Notes: generated by a model not told the origin, from the sequence alone. A stretch of DNA of 63,798 bases from an uncultured virus (IMG/VR IMGVR_UViG_3300020460_001009) (IMGVR_UViG_3300020460_001009), one strand, 5' to 3'. Numbered from the stretch's first letter, positions 18,987 through 29,907 are shown. Made by a program: numbers and translations.

Positions 18987-19838
18987 TTACTTAACATCCA
19001 CACGAATCCAATCATCGCAAATTATATCCTCGTCACTAAACTTTCTTTTTTTGTGCAACGGATGCCATTCCGTTGGTGCAATCACAATTTTCTCTTCGCT
19101 ATGATTCAACCACGCACCCCACCAACTAAATGTTGAGTTTGCAATTATATTATGTTCACACATACTCATTAAATGTATGTCCATGTAATCTTTTTCACCA
19201 CGAACAAAAGTAACGTTTGCGTCAAACTCTGACAAATCAAGATTTTCTTCTACCCAATCAATTGCATCTGAGAATATTACAATGTTGTCAATTGTCTTTC
19301 CCATTTCTAAAATTTTGCGAATCGCATTCGGATAATATGTGTTCAAATCCTCAAACAAACAATAATAAGCAGAACTATAAGTGTCTGCATTATCACGTCC
19401 TTTGCGAATATGAAGTGACACACTATTTTTCAATACATCGGAATATTTGTTTTCAAGGTATTCTTTTTCTTCGGGTTGTGGTTCAAACATTTTCTGAATT
19501 TCGGTCTTGTATTCCGCAAAATACTTCTCACTTTGACGAAATCCCTTCATTTGCACATTCTTGTTTGGGTGAAATGGAATCTCCTGATATCTATAACCCC
19601 CACTTTTGGGTTCTTCCAAAAATTCTTCAATTTCAAAATCAACTTCATCGTTAAACGGAATGTTGGGGAACACCTTCAACAACGATTCTCTTCCTTTATC
19701 ATGATTGCGAGATATTTGATTGCTTTTTACAATCGGTGTCAAATTATGTTTCCACGCATAAGCAAACAATGCAGATACACAAAACATTTGATTTGCAAGA
19801 AGTCCTTTTAAATGTATGTTTATATAACTCATCTCCAA
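18987..19838 (-). CDS. GT11 alpha-1,2-fucosyltransferase-like
   Basis: GLLANQMF, GFRQSEKYF, SLHIRKG, FSD, NSTFSWWGAWL; TTG 19838 or ATG 19832 start. Confidence 0.9.
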   Translation of the reverse strand: MEMSYINIHLKGLLANQMFCVSALFAYAWKHNLTPIVKSNQISRNHDKGRESLLKVFPNIPFNDEVDFEIEEFLEEPKSGGYRYQEIPFHPNKNVQMKGFRQSEKYFAEYKTEIQKMFEPQPEEKEYLENKYSDVLKNSVSLHIRKGRDNADTYSSAYYCLFEDLNTYYPNAIRKILEMGKTIDNIVIFSDAIDWVEENLDLSEFDANVTFVRGEKDYMDIHLMSMCEHNIIANSTFSWWGAWLNHSEEKIVIAPTEWHPLHKKRKFSDEDIICDDWIRVDVK

Positions 19839-19842
19839 CTAT

Positions 19843-19869
19843 TATAAATATAAACTTTCCATATTTATA
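19843..19869. promoter_or_regulatory. Back-to-back ATATTTATA motifs (putative divergent promoters)
   Basis: tataaatat at 19843-19851 (minus-strand motif) and atatttata at 19861-19869 (plus-strand motif) lie between the divergent genes. Confidence 0.7.
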
Positions 19870-19881
19870 TTATGTTTACAA

Positions 19882-20556
19882 ATGAATAAACCACTTAATA
19901 TTTTTTACCACTTGTTGTGTATAAACGATGGGATTGAAAGGTTCACAAAAACCTACGACAAAATTAAAAAGTACAAACTGCTTGAAAGCACCGAAAAGAT
20001 TTTTGTTAATTGTGTAGGTGAAAATCAACTTAAGTTCTCAGAGTCCATTTCCCACCTCCCCAAAGTAGAGATCATTCTTGGGAAAAACGACAAAAATGAA
20101 TCTGAAACGATAAATCTGATGCGTGAATTCGCAATTAACAACGATGGGTTTTCTTTATATCTACACGCAAAGGGAGTTTGGAGATCAAAAACACATTTAA
20201 ATAGAAGAAACAAAGTCTGTGGTGAGTGTTTAGATTCTTATATCGATTTTATGGAATTTTTTGTTATTGAAAAGTTCTATCATTGCGTTGAAATGCTAAA
20301 AACATACAAAACCTGTGGTTGTAATCTTATGCGTAGCAAAGCTGGACATTCTTACTACAGTGGAAACTTTTGGTGGACACGGAATGACTATATTGCAAGT
20401 TTACCGGAATGTGAAGATAACCGAAAAGCACCAGAACATTTTATAAATGCAGTTGGTGATAGTCATAAAAATTTACATACATCACTTTTTGGGTATCCAA
20501 CGAATCTTAAAAAGGTGTTACCAAGAGATTCCTACGAATCAAAAGTTGATTACTAA
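19882..20556 (+). CDS. Putative glycosyltransferase-like protein (only plus-strand gene)
   Basis: IFYH, E.ETI, LYLHAKG, YSGNFWW..NDYI..LP; fills the gap between two minus-strand genes. Confidence 0.7.
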   Translation: MNKPLNIFYHLLCINDGIERFTKTYDKIKKYKLLESTEKIFVNCVGENQLKFSESISHLPKVEIILGKNDKNESETINLMREFAINNDGFSLYLHAKGVWRSKTHLNRRNKVCGECLDSYIDFMEFFVIEKFYHCVEMLKTYKTCGCNLMRSKAGHSYYSGNFWWTRNDYIASLPECEDNRKAPEHFINAVGDSHKNLHTSLFGYPTNLKKVLPRDSYESKVDY

Positions 20557-21299
20557 ATACCATTTACCTCTTCACGTGGTTTTACTTTTACTTCTTTTAA
20601 TTTTGGCACAACATAGTCCCACATATTTTTGTAATCATTGAACGGACATTCATCAAAATATACAAAGTTCGATGATTCAAATTTTCTTTTATATTTGGGT
20701 GTATTAATAAAATAATATAAAAAACCTATTTTTGAATTAGGATAAGCATTTGTTAGTGTATCCATAAAATAATCAATATGCTTCTGTTGATTATTTTGAT
20801 AGGTTATTTTTGCCTGCGATGGTTCTGAATCAACTCGTAAAAACAATACATTGTTTTTTTCTTTTAGAATTGAAATTAATCGTTGTTGACGTTTTCCAAA
20901 CACTTTCTTGAACCCATTGTATATTGAATCAGTCAATTCAAGACTTCCTCTGCGATTCCATTCTTTAAATTGACCTTTGTTCATGAAATCTGAAAACCAC
21001 GATTCTTCAAAGTGAGGATAGTATAATTCAAAATACTTATTGTTGCGAATCCCTTTGGAACCAGGATACTGATTCAAAGACCAATCTGATTTAGTTTCCC
21101 AATAGTCTGCAAACTCATTTTTTAACAAATCAGCACTTTGGATTAGTCCACAGGTCGTTTCCATATTATCAAAGGGACTTGATGTGTATCTACAATCTGC
21201 TCTTTTTTGTATCCACATTGTATTACACTTAACACCCAATCCGATGATTATATTCCAATCTGTTTCAAATATTTTCGTATTACTTCCCACTTTAAACAT
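20553..21299 (-). CDS. DUF1796 (papain-like) family protein
   Basis: IGLGVKC, SSPFD, YYPHF, FLR; close paralog of 43432..44211; start 21299 or 21323. Confidence 0.6.
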   Translation of the reverse strand: MFKVGSNTKIFETDWNIIIGLGVKCNTMWIQKRADCRYTSSPFDNMETTCGLIQSADLLKNEFADYWETKSDWSLNQYPGSKGIRNNKYFELYYPHFEESWFSDFMNKGQFKEWNRRGSLELTDSIYNGFKKVFGKRQQRLISILKEKNNVLFLRVDSEPSQAKITYQNNQQKHIDYFMDTLTNAYPNSKIGFLYYFINTPKYKRKFESSNFVYFDECPFNDYKNMWDYVVPKLKEVKVKPREEVNGI

Positions 21300-22089
21300 T
21301 CCCAAGTTTTTCAAATTGTTCAACCATTCTATTTTTTCGATCTATCTCAAGTCCACGATTTATGTCACTTTCACCAATTCGTTGAACTGCAATCAAAGGA
21401 TATGCACAGTATCTTTCTTCGAGTCTGTGAGCATACAATCCATCAATCGTACATACTCTGCTTGTATGGTCGACTACCTCACGTTTGTCCCAATCTACTA
21501 TAATATCTTCATTATAAATAAGTTTATCAAAACAACTCTTATTAATCGCATGAGCATGAATACAAAAAGTTCGTGCGTTTAATTTCATTAACTCAGGTGA
21601 AACAAACTTAACGGAATTTTTAATTTGTCGTTCGGTTTTAAATTGTCTTATGTCAAAACTAGTTCCAAGATAAAACACTTCCCAATTGACATTTGAAAGA
21701 GTATTCAATGTTGCCAAAAACTGACTTTCATCATACTGAACAAACTCCACATCGTCTTCAAATATTAAAACATTATCGTATCCTGATTCTTTCGCATTCT
21801 TAATGCAAGTCAACATACTCATGGTGATGCCATCAAGTTGCTTCCATTTAGTTTGATTGTGTTTGTTGAGTTCTCCGTCTACGATTTGGTCACCATCCAC
21901 ACCCAAATGCCTTGCTCTCGGACCACTTGAACCATTTACGATTTCCTTTCCTATACAAGCACTGAATCTTTCAACTCTATCAAGAATTCCAACTTTTTTA
22001 AATTCTTTCTGAGCAAGTTCCCATCTATCAGGACGAGAATCAAGATTTATGCAATAAATTTTATCAAAGTAATCAAATGGATTTTTCAT
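21292..22089 (-). CDS. GT25 family glycosyltransferase
   Basis: IYCINLDSRPDRW, VLIFEDD, WEVFYLG, HAHAIN. Confidence 0.88.
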   Translation of the reverse strand: MKNPFDYFDKIYCINLDSRPDRWELAQKEFKKVGILDRVERFSACIGKEIVNGSSGPRARHLGVDGDQIVDGELNKHNQTKWKQLDGITMSMLTCIKNAKESGYDNVLIFEDDVEFVQYDESQFLATLNTLSNVNWEVFYLGTSFDIRQFKTERQIKNSVKFVSPELMKLNARTFCIHAHAINKSCFDKLIYNEDIIVDWDKREVVDHTSRVCTIDGLYAHRLEERYCAYPLIAVQRIGESDINRGLEIDRKNRMVEQFEKLGNV

Positions 22090-23051
22090 TTTTTCTTCCC
22101 ACTTAAAATTATAACTTCATCATCAGTTCCTATAAAATCATAATCTAATTTTGAACCCAAATGACAATACATTATGGAATTTTTCTTATCGTTAATATGG
22201 TAATGCAATCCAGTTTTGTCTAATACAAGTTTATCAATATTTTTAAACGACTCAATCTCTTTAGTTTGAGTAGTGTAGAATCCCAATCCACTGCCCTTAT
22301 TTTTTGTGCTTATATGCATACTTTTGTATGCTAAACCTATTAGTGGTATCTTGTTTGTGTAAAAATTATCAAGAAACTCACCCTGATGCCACCTAGAGTT
22401 TTTACGTTTAATTGAATAATCACTTAAAAATTTTTCATCTTTATCGTCATGCACTCCTGCCATCGTGACTAAATATTTTCTAAAATTTCCTTCGTCAAGA
22501 ACCGTCATCGTCCTACGAACCAATGATTCATATAACCAATGACAAGAAAGCATATTTTCCCAAATTACTGAACCAAATTTAATTGCAGTAAAATGACCAC
22601 CCAACCCAATTACTTCAAAGTCGGTGAGAGCAGGAATGTTTCTATGTTCTCCTGCCATATATGAAGCCAAATTTCCATACACCACATCCAAATCTCCATA
22701 ACCAACATAATCATTTTTATCATATGCTGAAATATTTTTAATTTCTCGATCAAACAAAAATCTAAAAACAACTTTTATATCGCAAATTTTTCGGTCTGTT
22801 GCTCTAAATATAGGTCTTTGATTAAATGGAGCATCTGAGTTTTTCTGAATAAATTTAACAAGTCTTTCACGTAAGTTTTTTAATGTGGCATTATGAACAT
22901 ACAAATTATTCCGACGTTGCACTTCTTGATCAGTTACCAAAAGAACATCAAGTATACCTTCATTGGCAAAAACCGACTTGCAAAAATATTCAAAGTAGTG
23001 CGGTAATTTACCAAAATATGCAATTATGATTAGTATCCTTTGACTTTTCAT
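22086..23051 (-). CDS. DUF6625 family putative glycosyltransferase
   Basis: YFGKLPHYF..FCKS, KICDIK, GYGDLDVVYG, GHF, LDE. Confidence 0.72.
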   Translation of the reverse strand: MKSQRILIIIAYFGKLPHYFEYFCKSVFANEGILDVLLVTDQEVQRRNNLYVHNATLKNLRERLVKFIQKNSDAPFNQRPIFRATDRKICDIKVVFRFLFDREIKNISAYDKNDYVGYGDLDVVYGNLASYMAGEHRNIPALTDFEVIGLGGHFTAIKFGSVIWENMLSCHWLYESLVRRTMTVLDEGNFRKYLVTMAGVHDDKDEKFLSDYSIKRKNSRWHQGEFLDNFYTNKIPLIGLAYKSMHISTKNKGSGLGFYTTQTKEIESFKNIDKLVLDKTGLHYHINDKKNSIMYCHLGSKLDYDFIGTDDEVIILSGKKK

Positions 23052-23818
23052 CTATAATGTCCTTCACCGATTCCTGCATAATAACCGATAAGTTCTTGTT
23101 TTTTCATTTGTTTGAAAACGGCAATCTTCTCCACCATTTCCTTCCATTGTTTTTTGTCGTTAATTCGTGCAAGTCTTCGGTGTGCCTTGGTATCGTGATC
23201 AAGATGATACATATCGTAAGGTGACCTTCCAATCTCCAAACCGAACTTGTCCACCTTGCTTCGCATTAACTCATCTTCAGGGCACCAAGAACCGATTGAC
23301 GGTTCCCACCCATACACTTGATGAAAACCCTTTCTTGACATGATACAGACTCCTCCAGCACCATTGTCGGCAACTCTCGGTCTGTTTCTTCCCAACCAAG
23401 ATTCGTCAAGGTTGTCACCTGCAATCACCTTCTTTGTTCCGTCACGTGAAATGTTAAGAAATTTTTGCGAAGGAACAAAAAAGTCATATCCGTTGACAAG
23501 TTTCTCAAAGTTCTTCAGCAAATCTTCATGCAACATAATGTCATTGTCTGAGAATATAAGATAATCTCCGTCTGTTACCTTCGCCCCTTCGTTGAATCCA
23601 TAACCACGACTATAATCAAATGGTTCAGGAGTTTTTCTAAGTATATGTCTAATTGATACATCTCCTCCGATGTCCGACAAATCTGATTCGGTGTTTTGCT
23701 CAACGATTGTTATTTTTGCATTTGGAAGCAATTTTTGATATCGTGCAACAATAAATTTTAAATTCCTATCACGGGAATCGTGTGTATTTGAATGTCCTAT
23801 GATTACGTCAATTTTCAT
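23048..23818 (-). CDS. GT2/GT7-like galactosyltransferase-related protein
   Basis: IVEQ, SRGYGFNEG, IFSDND, GGV..., GWEP..SWCPED, YHLDH. Confidence 0.82.
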   Translation of the reverse strand: MKIDVIIGHSNTHDSRDRNLKFIVARYQKLLPNAKITIVEQNTESDLSDIGGDVSIRHILRKTPEPFDYSRGYGFNEGAKVTDGDYLIFSDNDIMLHEDLLKNFEKLVNGYDFFVPSQKFLNISRDGTKKVIAGDNLDESWLGRNRPRVADNGAGGVCIMSRKGFHQVYGWEPSIGSWCPEDELMRSKVDKFGLEIGRSPYDMYHLDHDTKAHRRLARINDKKQWKEMVEKIAVFKQMKKQELIGYYAGIGEGHYR

Positions 23819-24819
23819 TATATAATTTCCTCAAATTTATTTAAAGTTTCTTTACCACCCGGTCTTTGACTATCCACATGATTCATTTCTGAATTCAACA
23901 ACAAAGCAACGTGTGCAAATCCACTTGCGTTGTGAAGCAAATAATCGCACTTGCTCAACAAATACATTTCAGCAATTGCATCTTCTCCGTTTTGAGCTGC
24001 TTTTGCTCCGTCATCGCATAAATATGTAGGCATCATAGCATTACCCTTTGTATTATCACCACTTTTGCCAACATCCTCTTCTTCTTGTCGGAACGTATCA
24101 TACTCAACAATAGCATCATTAAATTCGTTTTTAACAATGTTAAACAACTTCGCATCATCACTTGCAACAAACACTTTTCCTTCATCCCCGTACTTGTTGA
24201 TAAATATTTGTATGCAGTTAATATAATTCTGAATATCAAATTTCTTTCTCCACCTTTCCGCATTATTTACAAGTGCATCTGTTCCACGAATATGAACACC
24301 AAGAACTTTGTTTGCGTCTGCTAAATTTTCTGCGAAAAAGTCGTTGATTTTATCGTTAAGATACATTCTGAGTTTGAAGTATTTGTTGATGATTGCATTT
24401 GCTTTTTCACGATGGCCATCCTCGTAAACTTCAGGAATCAAATGTGGAGGAACAATCATATTATGTCCCATTTTTCTATCTCCGTAATGACAACACATTT
24501 TGTTACGATTACTCAACTTAACAAACCTACTATTATTCAGTTTCTTAGGTTCTGTGTTTTGATAAGCATTTTCTATTTCTGATTTATTTTGTTCTGATAT
24601 GCACGAAGTATCCGCAGTTTCTACAACAGGACGAAAATAATATTCCCAAACATTGTCTTTGTTTTGATGACCTTCTGGATTATAGTAAACACACTGGTTC
24701 TTGAAGTAAACAATTGGTGTTCCCAGTTCTTCTTTTTCACAACGATTTAGTGCGTTGATTACTTGAAAGAATAAACTTGCAAGGCCGACATCACGTTCTG
24801 TTATTATGTATTGTTTCAT
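23818..24819 (-). CDS. NodZ/GT23-like fucosyltransferase
   Basis: GLASLF, NVWEYYF, LGVHIRGTD, FVASD, LLSKCDYLLH..SG. Confidence 0.8.
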   Translation of the reverse strand: MKQYIITERDVGLASLFFQVINALNRCEKEELGTPIVYFKNQCVYYNPEGHQNKDNVWEYYFRPVVETADTSCISEQNKSEIENAYQNTEPKKLNNSRFVKLSNRNKMCCHYGDRKMGHNMIVPPHLIPEVYEDGHREKANAIINKYFKLRMYLNDKINDFFAENLADANKVLGVHIRGTDALVNNAERWRKKFDIQNYINCIQIFINKYGDEGKVFVASDDAKLFNIVKNEFNDAIVEYDTFRQEEEDVGKSGDNTKGNAMMPTYLCDDGAKAAQNGEDAIAEMYLLSKCDYLLHNASGFAHVALLLNSEMNHVDSQRPGGKETLNKFEEII

Positions 24820-26363
24820 AAAACATATCCGACTTTTACATCATTTACATAGATATACACATTTATTAATCTTTCCAACAAAAATGGAATTTTTGGATAA
24901 TAAGATAAACCAGTGTCATCTGTAAAACTTTTAGGTGGAGTTTGATTTCTATAATCTTCACGTGAATATCCCATTTCATTCATTTCTAAATCTTCCTGAA
25001 ATAAAGCAATAGTTGGATCAAGTATTGTATCAACAAAATGTTTATATATTTCAGGTTTTGCAATAAAATAATTAAAGTAAATCATTTTTTGTTTTTCTGT
25101 CATAAATTTATTTGGAGTTTCCGACAATTTTAATTTTTTTACGAGTAAATCGAATCCATCCATGAATCTGTGTTTTCCGAACCTTATTGTATGTTCTGAT
25201 TTAATTCTTCTTGCACAATGAATATAATTTCGTGGATTTGGAGCAATTATGTCGCAGTCTAAATTATCATTTGTTTTTTCTTGCAATCGTTTAAAGTCAA
25301 AACGATTTATTTTTTGAGATGCTTTCCACGAAAAAACTCCAAAGTAACCACAATCAGAAGATTCTTCAGAATTTACCAAATCAGAAATAACTCCACTTTC
25401 TAAATTGACAGTTGCAGTTGAATTGAAATAAGGTGTAAATCCTTCCATTAATTTGTCTTTATGTGATTCAGCATAATAAATTTGATATACTTTGATTTTA
25501 TTGTTTGTTCTATCAACCGATACCGGTGGTATTTGTTTAACGACTTTATCAGTTGGTTCAACTGGTTTAACTTGTGGGGTTTCCACCACAATATCTTCAA
25601 CATCAGATTTTATTTCCGGAGTAACTCGTTGTTTATTTTGGATTATTGGAGATTCTGTTTTCTTTATTGGTTCATCTGATGTATTTTCTAGAAATGCTTC
25701 GTACATTCTTCCGACCATCACATCTTCAACTCCGAATGGATAATTTCCATTGCCATCCTGAATGTTATGTTGATTTAATATAAGTTTACCTTCCTCTGAA
25801 TATGCAATAAACTCCGCAACTTTGTAATCTATACGATAACACTTCCCACAAAAATAATGCGTTCCGTCTACTAACCATTTGGGTTGACCGAGATCAAGTT
25901 CAATGCCTCGTTGCTTTAACCATGCGTTTAAGTCTCTATACAAAAATGGTCTACCATTTGATCCAATGTATTGTTTAAACTTTTTTTTGTAAATAGCATT
26001 TTCAACTCTATCTATTCCGCAAATCTTTTTTCTTGTTCTTTCACCGACACTGCTATATGTCAAAAAATTACAATCAAGTTTTACCAATCTATTGAATGTC
26101 AAATTTTCAACGCACCAGTTTATCATTTGGTAAGTTTTTATATGAAGTTGATCGTATCGTTCTTCACCTTCTAAAAAAAGTTTACCATTTTCAAATTTTG
26201 TTTGCGATACACCACGATACACTTCAATTATTCCAATTCCATCGGTTTCTTTTAACTTTTTATAGAAATCAGATTTTTTAAGATATTCCATTTCTTCTGT
26301 ATCTTTTTCACAGGTATTTATACAAATTAATGTATCGCAATCTGTTGTAATATTATTAATCAT
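24816..26363 (-). CDS. Two-domain putative glycosyltransferase with a Pro/Glu/Val-rich linker
   Basis: N-term E.YDQL..KT...KLD...EDVMVG (GT31-like); C-term YQIYY...ESG...GVFSWK...NYFIAK...FLLERL. Confidence 0.55.
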   Translation of the reverse strand: MINNITTDCDTLICINTCEKDTEEMEYLKKSDFYKKLKETDGIGIIEVYRGVSQTKFENGKLFLEGEERYDQLHIKTYQMINWCVENLTFNRLVKLDCNFLTYSSVGERTRKKICGIDRVENAIYKKKFKQYIGSNGRPFLYRDLNAWLKQRGIELDLGQPKWLVDGTHYFCGKCYRIDYKVAEFIAYSEEGKLILNQHNIQDGNGNYPFGVEDVMVGRMYEAFLENTSDEPIKKTESPIIQNKQRVTPEIKSDVEDIVVETPQVKPVEPTDKVVKQIPPVSVDRTNNKIKVYQIYYAESHKDKLMEGFTPYFNSTATVNLESGVISDLVNSEESSDCGYFGVFSWKASQKINRFDFKRLQEKTNDNLDCDIIAPNPRNYIHCARRIKSEHTIRFGKHRFMDGFDLLVKKLKLSETPNKFMTEKQKMIYFNYFIAKPEIYKHFVDTILDPTIALFQEDLEMNEMGYSREDYRNQTPPKSFTDDTGLSYYPKIPFLLERLINVYIYVNDVKVGYVL

Positions 26364-27099
26364 AAATCCAAAATCCTTTCTTTTTTAGTTGCGTCTCACA
26401 ATCCGCATTTTTTCTCATATGTGGATGATACACATAACAATAATCAGTTACAAACCCATATCGTTCTATGATACTATTTCCTAATACTTTTGCATTCAAC
26501 GAACTTGAATGAAGTTCTGTGCTTTCATCAATTAGTTCCACGATATTTTCTTTTGAAATGCGTGAACACATATACCGATTAATTTGATCTTGATCATCAA
26601 ACTCTTTATTTTCCTCCAGTATGCTGATAAACATTGCTTGTATTGATGCAGTTGGTGTTAAATACATCCACCCAGGACAAACACAAAATCCCCATTTTTC
26701 TTCTACTTCTTTTGGATATCCTCCCAAATCTCTTGAAAATACCGCATCGTAATTTTTGGAAATCAAATGAAATGGATTTTTCAACCAAGCAGTATCCAAG
26801 TCAGAATGAATAATTCTACAACCACAATTTAAAAATCTTGATAATTGCTCGGTTCTCCACCTCCATCCTTTTTTTGATTGTCGTGGTAAAGTTCCACGAA
26901 TATAAATTGTATTGATGTTGTTATCTATTAAAAATTTTTCAGTTTCACGGTCTGCTGAAACAATTACATAATTTTCTATGTTTAGTTTTTTTAGGTATGC
27001 CACCCAATTCAATGCAATTCGTTTGTATAATTTGTTACAAAACGATACAACGAGCAATTCATTTTTTGCATATTTATCAACTTCTTCTTTTAACACCAT
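26356..27099 (-). CDS. Nucleotide-diphospho-sugar transferase (GT77-like)
   Basis: ALNWV, IHSDLDTAWLKNP, CPGWM, DDQDQIN; AAGGAG SD. Confidence 0.82.
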   Translation of the reverse strand: MVLKEEVDKYAKNELLVVSFCNKLYKRIALNWVAYLKKLNIENYVIVSADRETEKFLIDNNINTIYIRGTLPRQSKKGWRWRTEQLSRFLNCGCRIIHSDLDTAWLKNPFHLISKNYDAVFSRDLGGYPKEVEEKWGFCVCPGWMYLTPTASIQAMFISILEENKEFDDQDQINRYMCSRISKENIVELIDESTELHSSSLNAKVLGNSIIERYGFVTDYCYVYHPHMRKNADCETQLKKKGFWIYD

Positions 27100-27112
27100 A
27101 ATTTCTCCTTAT

Positions 27113-27121
27113 AATAAATAT
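27113..27121 (-). promoter_or_regulatory. ATATTTATT motif (putative late promoter)
   Basis: Followed by ATAAGGAG SD and ATG 27099. Confidence 0.6.
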
Positions 27122-27159
27122 ACAAACAAGAAGAATATGATTAACAAACTTTACATATA

Positions 27160-28509
27160 TTACTTAATGAACCAATGATCGTTATCACGCATTTTGCCTA
27201 TTTTATTTTTTGGATGTAATATTTTTCTTTCGTTTTCATTGTAATGAACAATATAAGCACTTTCGTTGGTTTTAGTATAATTCCTACTTATACAAAACTC
27301 GTCTTCATCGAGTATTTTGAGTTTAAGATTCCAAGCATACTCCTGATCTGAATTGAGTTTGCTATTCAAATAAATTGTATCAACTCTGTGTTTTTGCCAA
27401 CGATACAAATATTCTTTACTTTCTTCACCTTCTTCTCCAGGCCAATGAAATTCATCGGAAGTGTCAAATAACTTTAAAGTAAGTTTCGTTGGTTTGACCA
27501 TACAAAAACCCGAGTGTAGCACTTTTTTGTATACTTTTAATTTTCGTTTCGTATCATCAGCATTAGATTGAATGACCATGTCATAATCATTCATTAGTTC
27601 CTTTAAATAATCCATCGGGTTTTTCAAAAAAACAACATCAGGATCAGAGTATAAACAAGTTTTTCCTCTTTTAAGTGCATCATGTATTAAATTAAGTTTT
27701 TCAAATTCACTTTCAAACTTCATTTTATGAATTTCAACAAAACCACTTGATGCAGGTATACCAACATTATTTAACGATTGCTTAAAATTATCTAGCATCC
27801 GTCTATCAGGTTTGCCCTTATCCATTGAAGTCATTGTTTTAAATTCAATATTTTGTTGATACAATTCAATCATTGGTTCTACTGATTTTTTCCACATGAT
27901 AGTTGAAAAGTTTTTACGAGTATGAATATCTGCATCTGCTTGCACCACAAATCTAGGATGAGTTGCGAATGCTTTTCTTCCAAGTCCAAATTGCTTTTCT
28001 CGTTTATAAACTTGGTCAATTGCTATTTTACCTTCCATCAATTTATCGGCAACTTCTTTACAATGCTTTCCATTGATAGCATATGCGTGTGCCTGACACA
28101 TTGAAGCATTAACAAGATGCTCATTTTTTACAGCAAATACATTATGAGGAATTCCACCCATATAAAACAACTTCCAATCTAAATCATTTAAAGATTCAAT
28201 AGACTTTGACATTTTTTTTAAGTCGGTATCTATAAAATGAATGTCACTTTCAAAAATAAAAACATTTTTAAGATTTTGTTTGTGTGCATCTGAAATTATT
28301 TTCCAATGACAATAATCAGTTTTGCTCCACTCAGACGTTGCACCAAATGTTTCTGTTAACCAATTAGAATCAATCACTTCATCAAATCTTTCAACTCTAT
28401 CAAGAATTCCTATGCGTTCAAATTCTTTTTGAACTTTAATCCATCGCTCTGGTTCGTGTTGTCCACAGATGCAGACGATTTTTTCAAAATGGTCAAACGG
28501 GTTGTTCAT
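27160..28509 (-). CDS. GT25 + GT77 fusion glycosyltransferase
   Basis: N-term IFESD, WKLFYMG, HAYAIN; C-term LYSDPDVVFLKNP, SGF, VHYN. Confidence 0.8.
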   Translation of the reverse strand: MNNPFDHFEKIVCICGQHEPERWIKVQKEFERIGILDRVERFDEVIDSNWLTETFGATSEWSKTDYCHWKIISDAHKQNLKNVFIFESDIHFIDTDLKKMSKSIESLNDLDWKLFYMGGIPHNVFAVKNEHLVNASMCQAHAYAINGKHCKEVADKLMEGKIAIDQVYKREKQFGLGRKAFATHPRFVVQADADIHTRKNFSTIMWKKSVEPMIELYQQNIEFKTMTSMDKGKPDRRMLDNFKQSLNNVGIPASSGFVEIHKMKFESEFEKLNLIHDALKRGKTCLYSDPDVVFLKNPMDYLKELMNDYDMVIQSNADDTKRKLKVYKKVLHSGFCMVKPTKLTLKLFDTSDEFHWPGEEGEESKEYLYRWQKHRVDTIYLNSKLNSDQEYAWNLKLKILDEDEFCISRNYTKTNESAYIVHYNENERKILHPKNKIGKMRDNDHWFIK

Positions 28510-29239
28510 TATTTAAATCCCTAAATTGAAAATCTCTCATTGCAGATAACCAAGACTTGCAATCTTTTTTTGGTTCCCAGATACCATGTTGCTCAACACT
28601 TCTAAAAAATATATTATCAAACTTACCATCACCTTGCAATATTTTTGGATTTGCAGATGTCACCAATAGTTTCGGGTTACATGGAAATTTCTTTAAAATA
28701 TCATAAAGTTTAGTGTAAATATCAATCGTTGAATCAGGATAAACCTTATCTTTGTGTACTACAAACAATATATCCATTTCACTATAAAACAAGTCACGTG
28801 TCTTTTTCGTCAAATAATCATATTTCACTTTTAGTTTTTCGTAAATACTTTCAAAATCTGCCCATGCCTCTATCCTTGATTGTTTCCACTTAAATATGTG
28901 CCTAGTTATCAACGGACTACCACCAGTTGTCAAGTGGGGAAAATTTATTCCATATTTATGGTTTTTTGCAACGCATCTCTTTCCATCAATTCTCTTGCCT
29001 ATTTGCATATCTTCCAATTCAAATATTCCTTCAAAATCAGACTCAAGCACTTTTATTAAACTCTGCACAGGACACTGCAACCAATCAAATAAGAATGATC
29101 CATGTGGATATTCATTGGATAAAAAAAGTTTAGAATCATAAAACTGAACACTCGTTTTATCATTAAAATATTTACACCTAATTTGTTCTGCCGGAACACA
29201 AGTATTTCCCAAACTTATAATTTTATTAAAACTTTCCAT
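28493..29239 (-). CDS. DUF1796 (papain-like) family protein
   Basis: IISLGNTC, LFDW, YGINFPH, ILFV. Confidence 0.7.
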   Translation of the reverse strand: MESFNKIISLGNTCVPAEQIRCKYFNDKTSVQFYDSKLFLSNEYPHGSFLFDWLQCPVQSLIKVLESDFEGIFELEDMQIGKRIDGKRCVAKNHKYGINFPHLTTGGSPLITRHIFKWKQSRIEAWADFESIYEKLKVKYDYLTKKTRDLFYSEMDILFVVHKDKVYPDSTIDIYTKLYDILKKFPCNPKLLVTSANPKILQGDGKFDNIFFRSVEQHGIWEPKKDCKSWLSAMRDFQFRDLNNEQPV

Positions 29240-29247
29240 TTCACAAA

Positions 29248-29907
29248 TTATTGTACATCAGTTCCTAGTGACCAATCAGGTTCCAATATCATTGGTTCTG
29301 CATAAAACTTTTTGAGTTTGGAATTTCTTGCGAAGTATTTGTCTACATGCCCCTCCCTCCCTTGCTTATTCCAATCAAAGGGGTCAATATCTTCTATCAA
29401 ATAATCAAAGATAGTAGAATTATATGCAAGACCAACTGTCAAGTGAATGCCTCTTCGTTTCTTTGATCGCATCTCTTTAAGATTTCTACCTTTGCGACGG
29501 CGCATTCCCCATGTTCTGTGTAGATGGTATCCAAGATAAAAAATGTGCCAATCGTACTTTACCAAGTCGTTCAGTGAACTTTCAAGATTTTCCGACCAAT
29601 TTTCACACACCACAAAATCATCTTCAAGAACAAGAACATTATTAAGGTTTTGTTCCTTTGCAAGTTCAATCACAGCTTTGTGACTTTCGGCACAACCAAC
29701 TGCACCGGGTCTTGGATATCCCGGTCTTGCCCACGGAGTTGGTCTGTCCCAACGTTCATCAATCTCAGGTTTAATTGCAGAGAATTGTATTACTCTATCG
29801 GAAATACCGAACTTCTCAAATTCGGCATGACAACGATCCCATCTATCAGTTCGTTCTTTTAAATTTATACAATAAATTGCATCAAAAAAATCAAGTGGAT
29901 TGTTCAT
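29248..29907 (-). CDS. GT25 family glycosyltransferase
   Basis: IYCINLKERTDRW, GAVGCAESH, VLVLEDD, FYLG; start refined to ATG 29907. Confidence 0.9.
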   Translation of the reverse strand: MNNPLDFFDAIYCINLKERTDRWDRCHAEFEKFGISDRVIQFSAIKPEIDERWDRPTPWARPGYPRPGAVGCAESHKAVIELAKEQNLNNVLVLEDDFVVCENWSENLESSLNDLVKYDWHIFYLGYHLHRTWGMRRRKGRNLKEMRSKKRRGIHLTVGLAYNSTIFDYLIEDIDPFDWNKQGREGHVDKYFARNSKLKKFYAEPMILEPDWSLGTDVQ

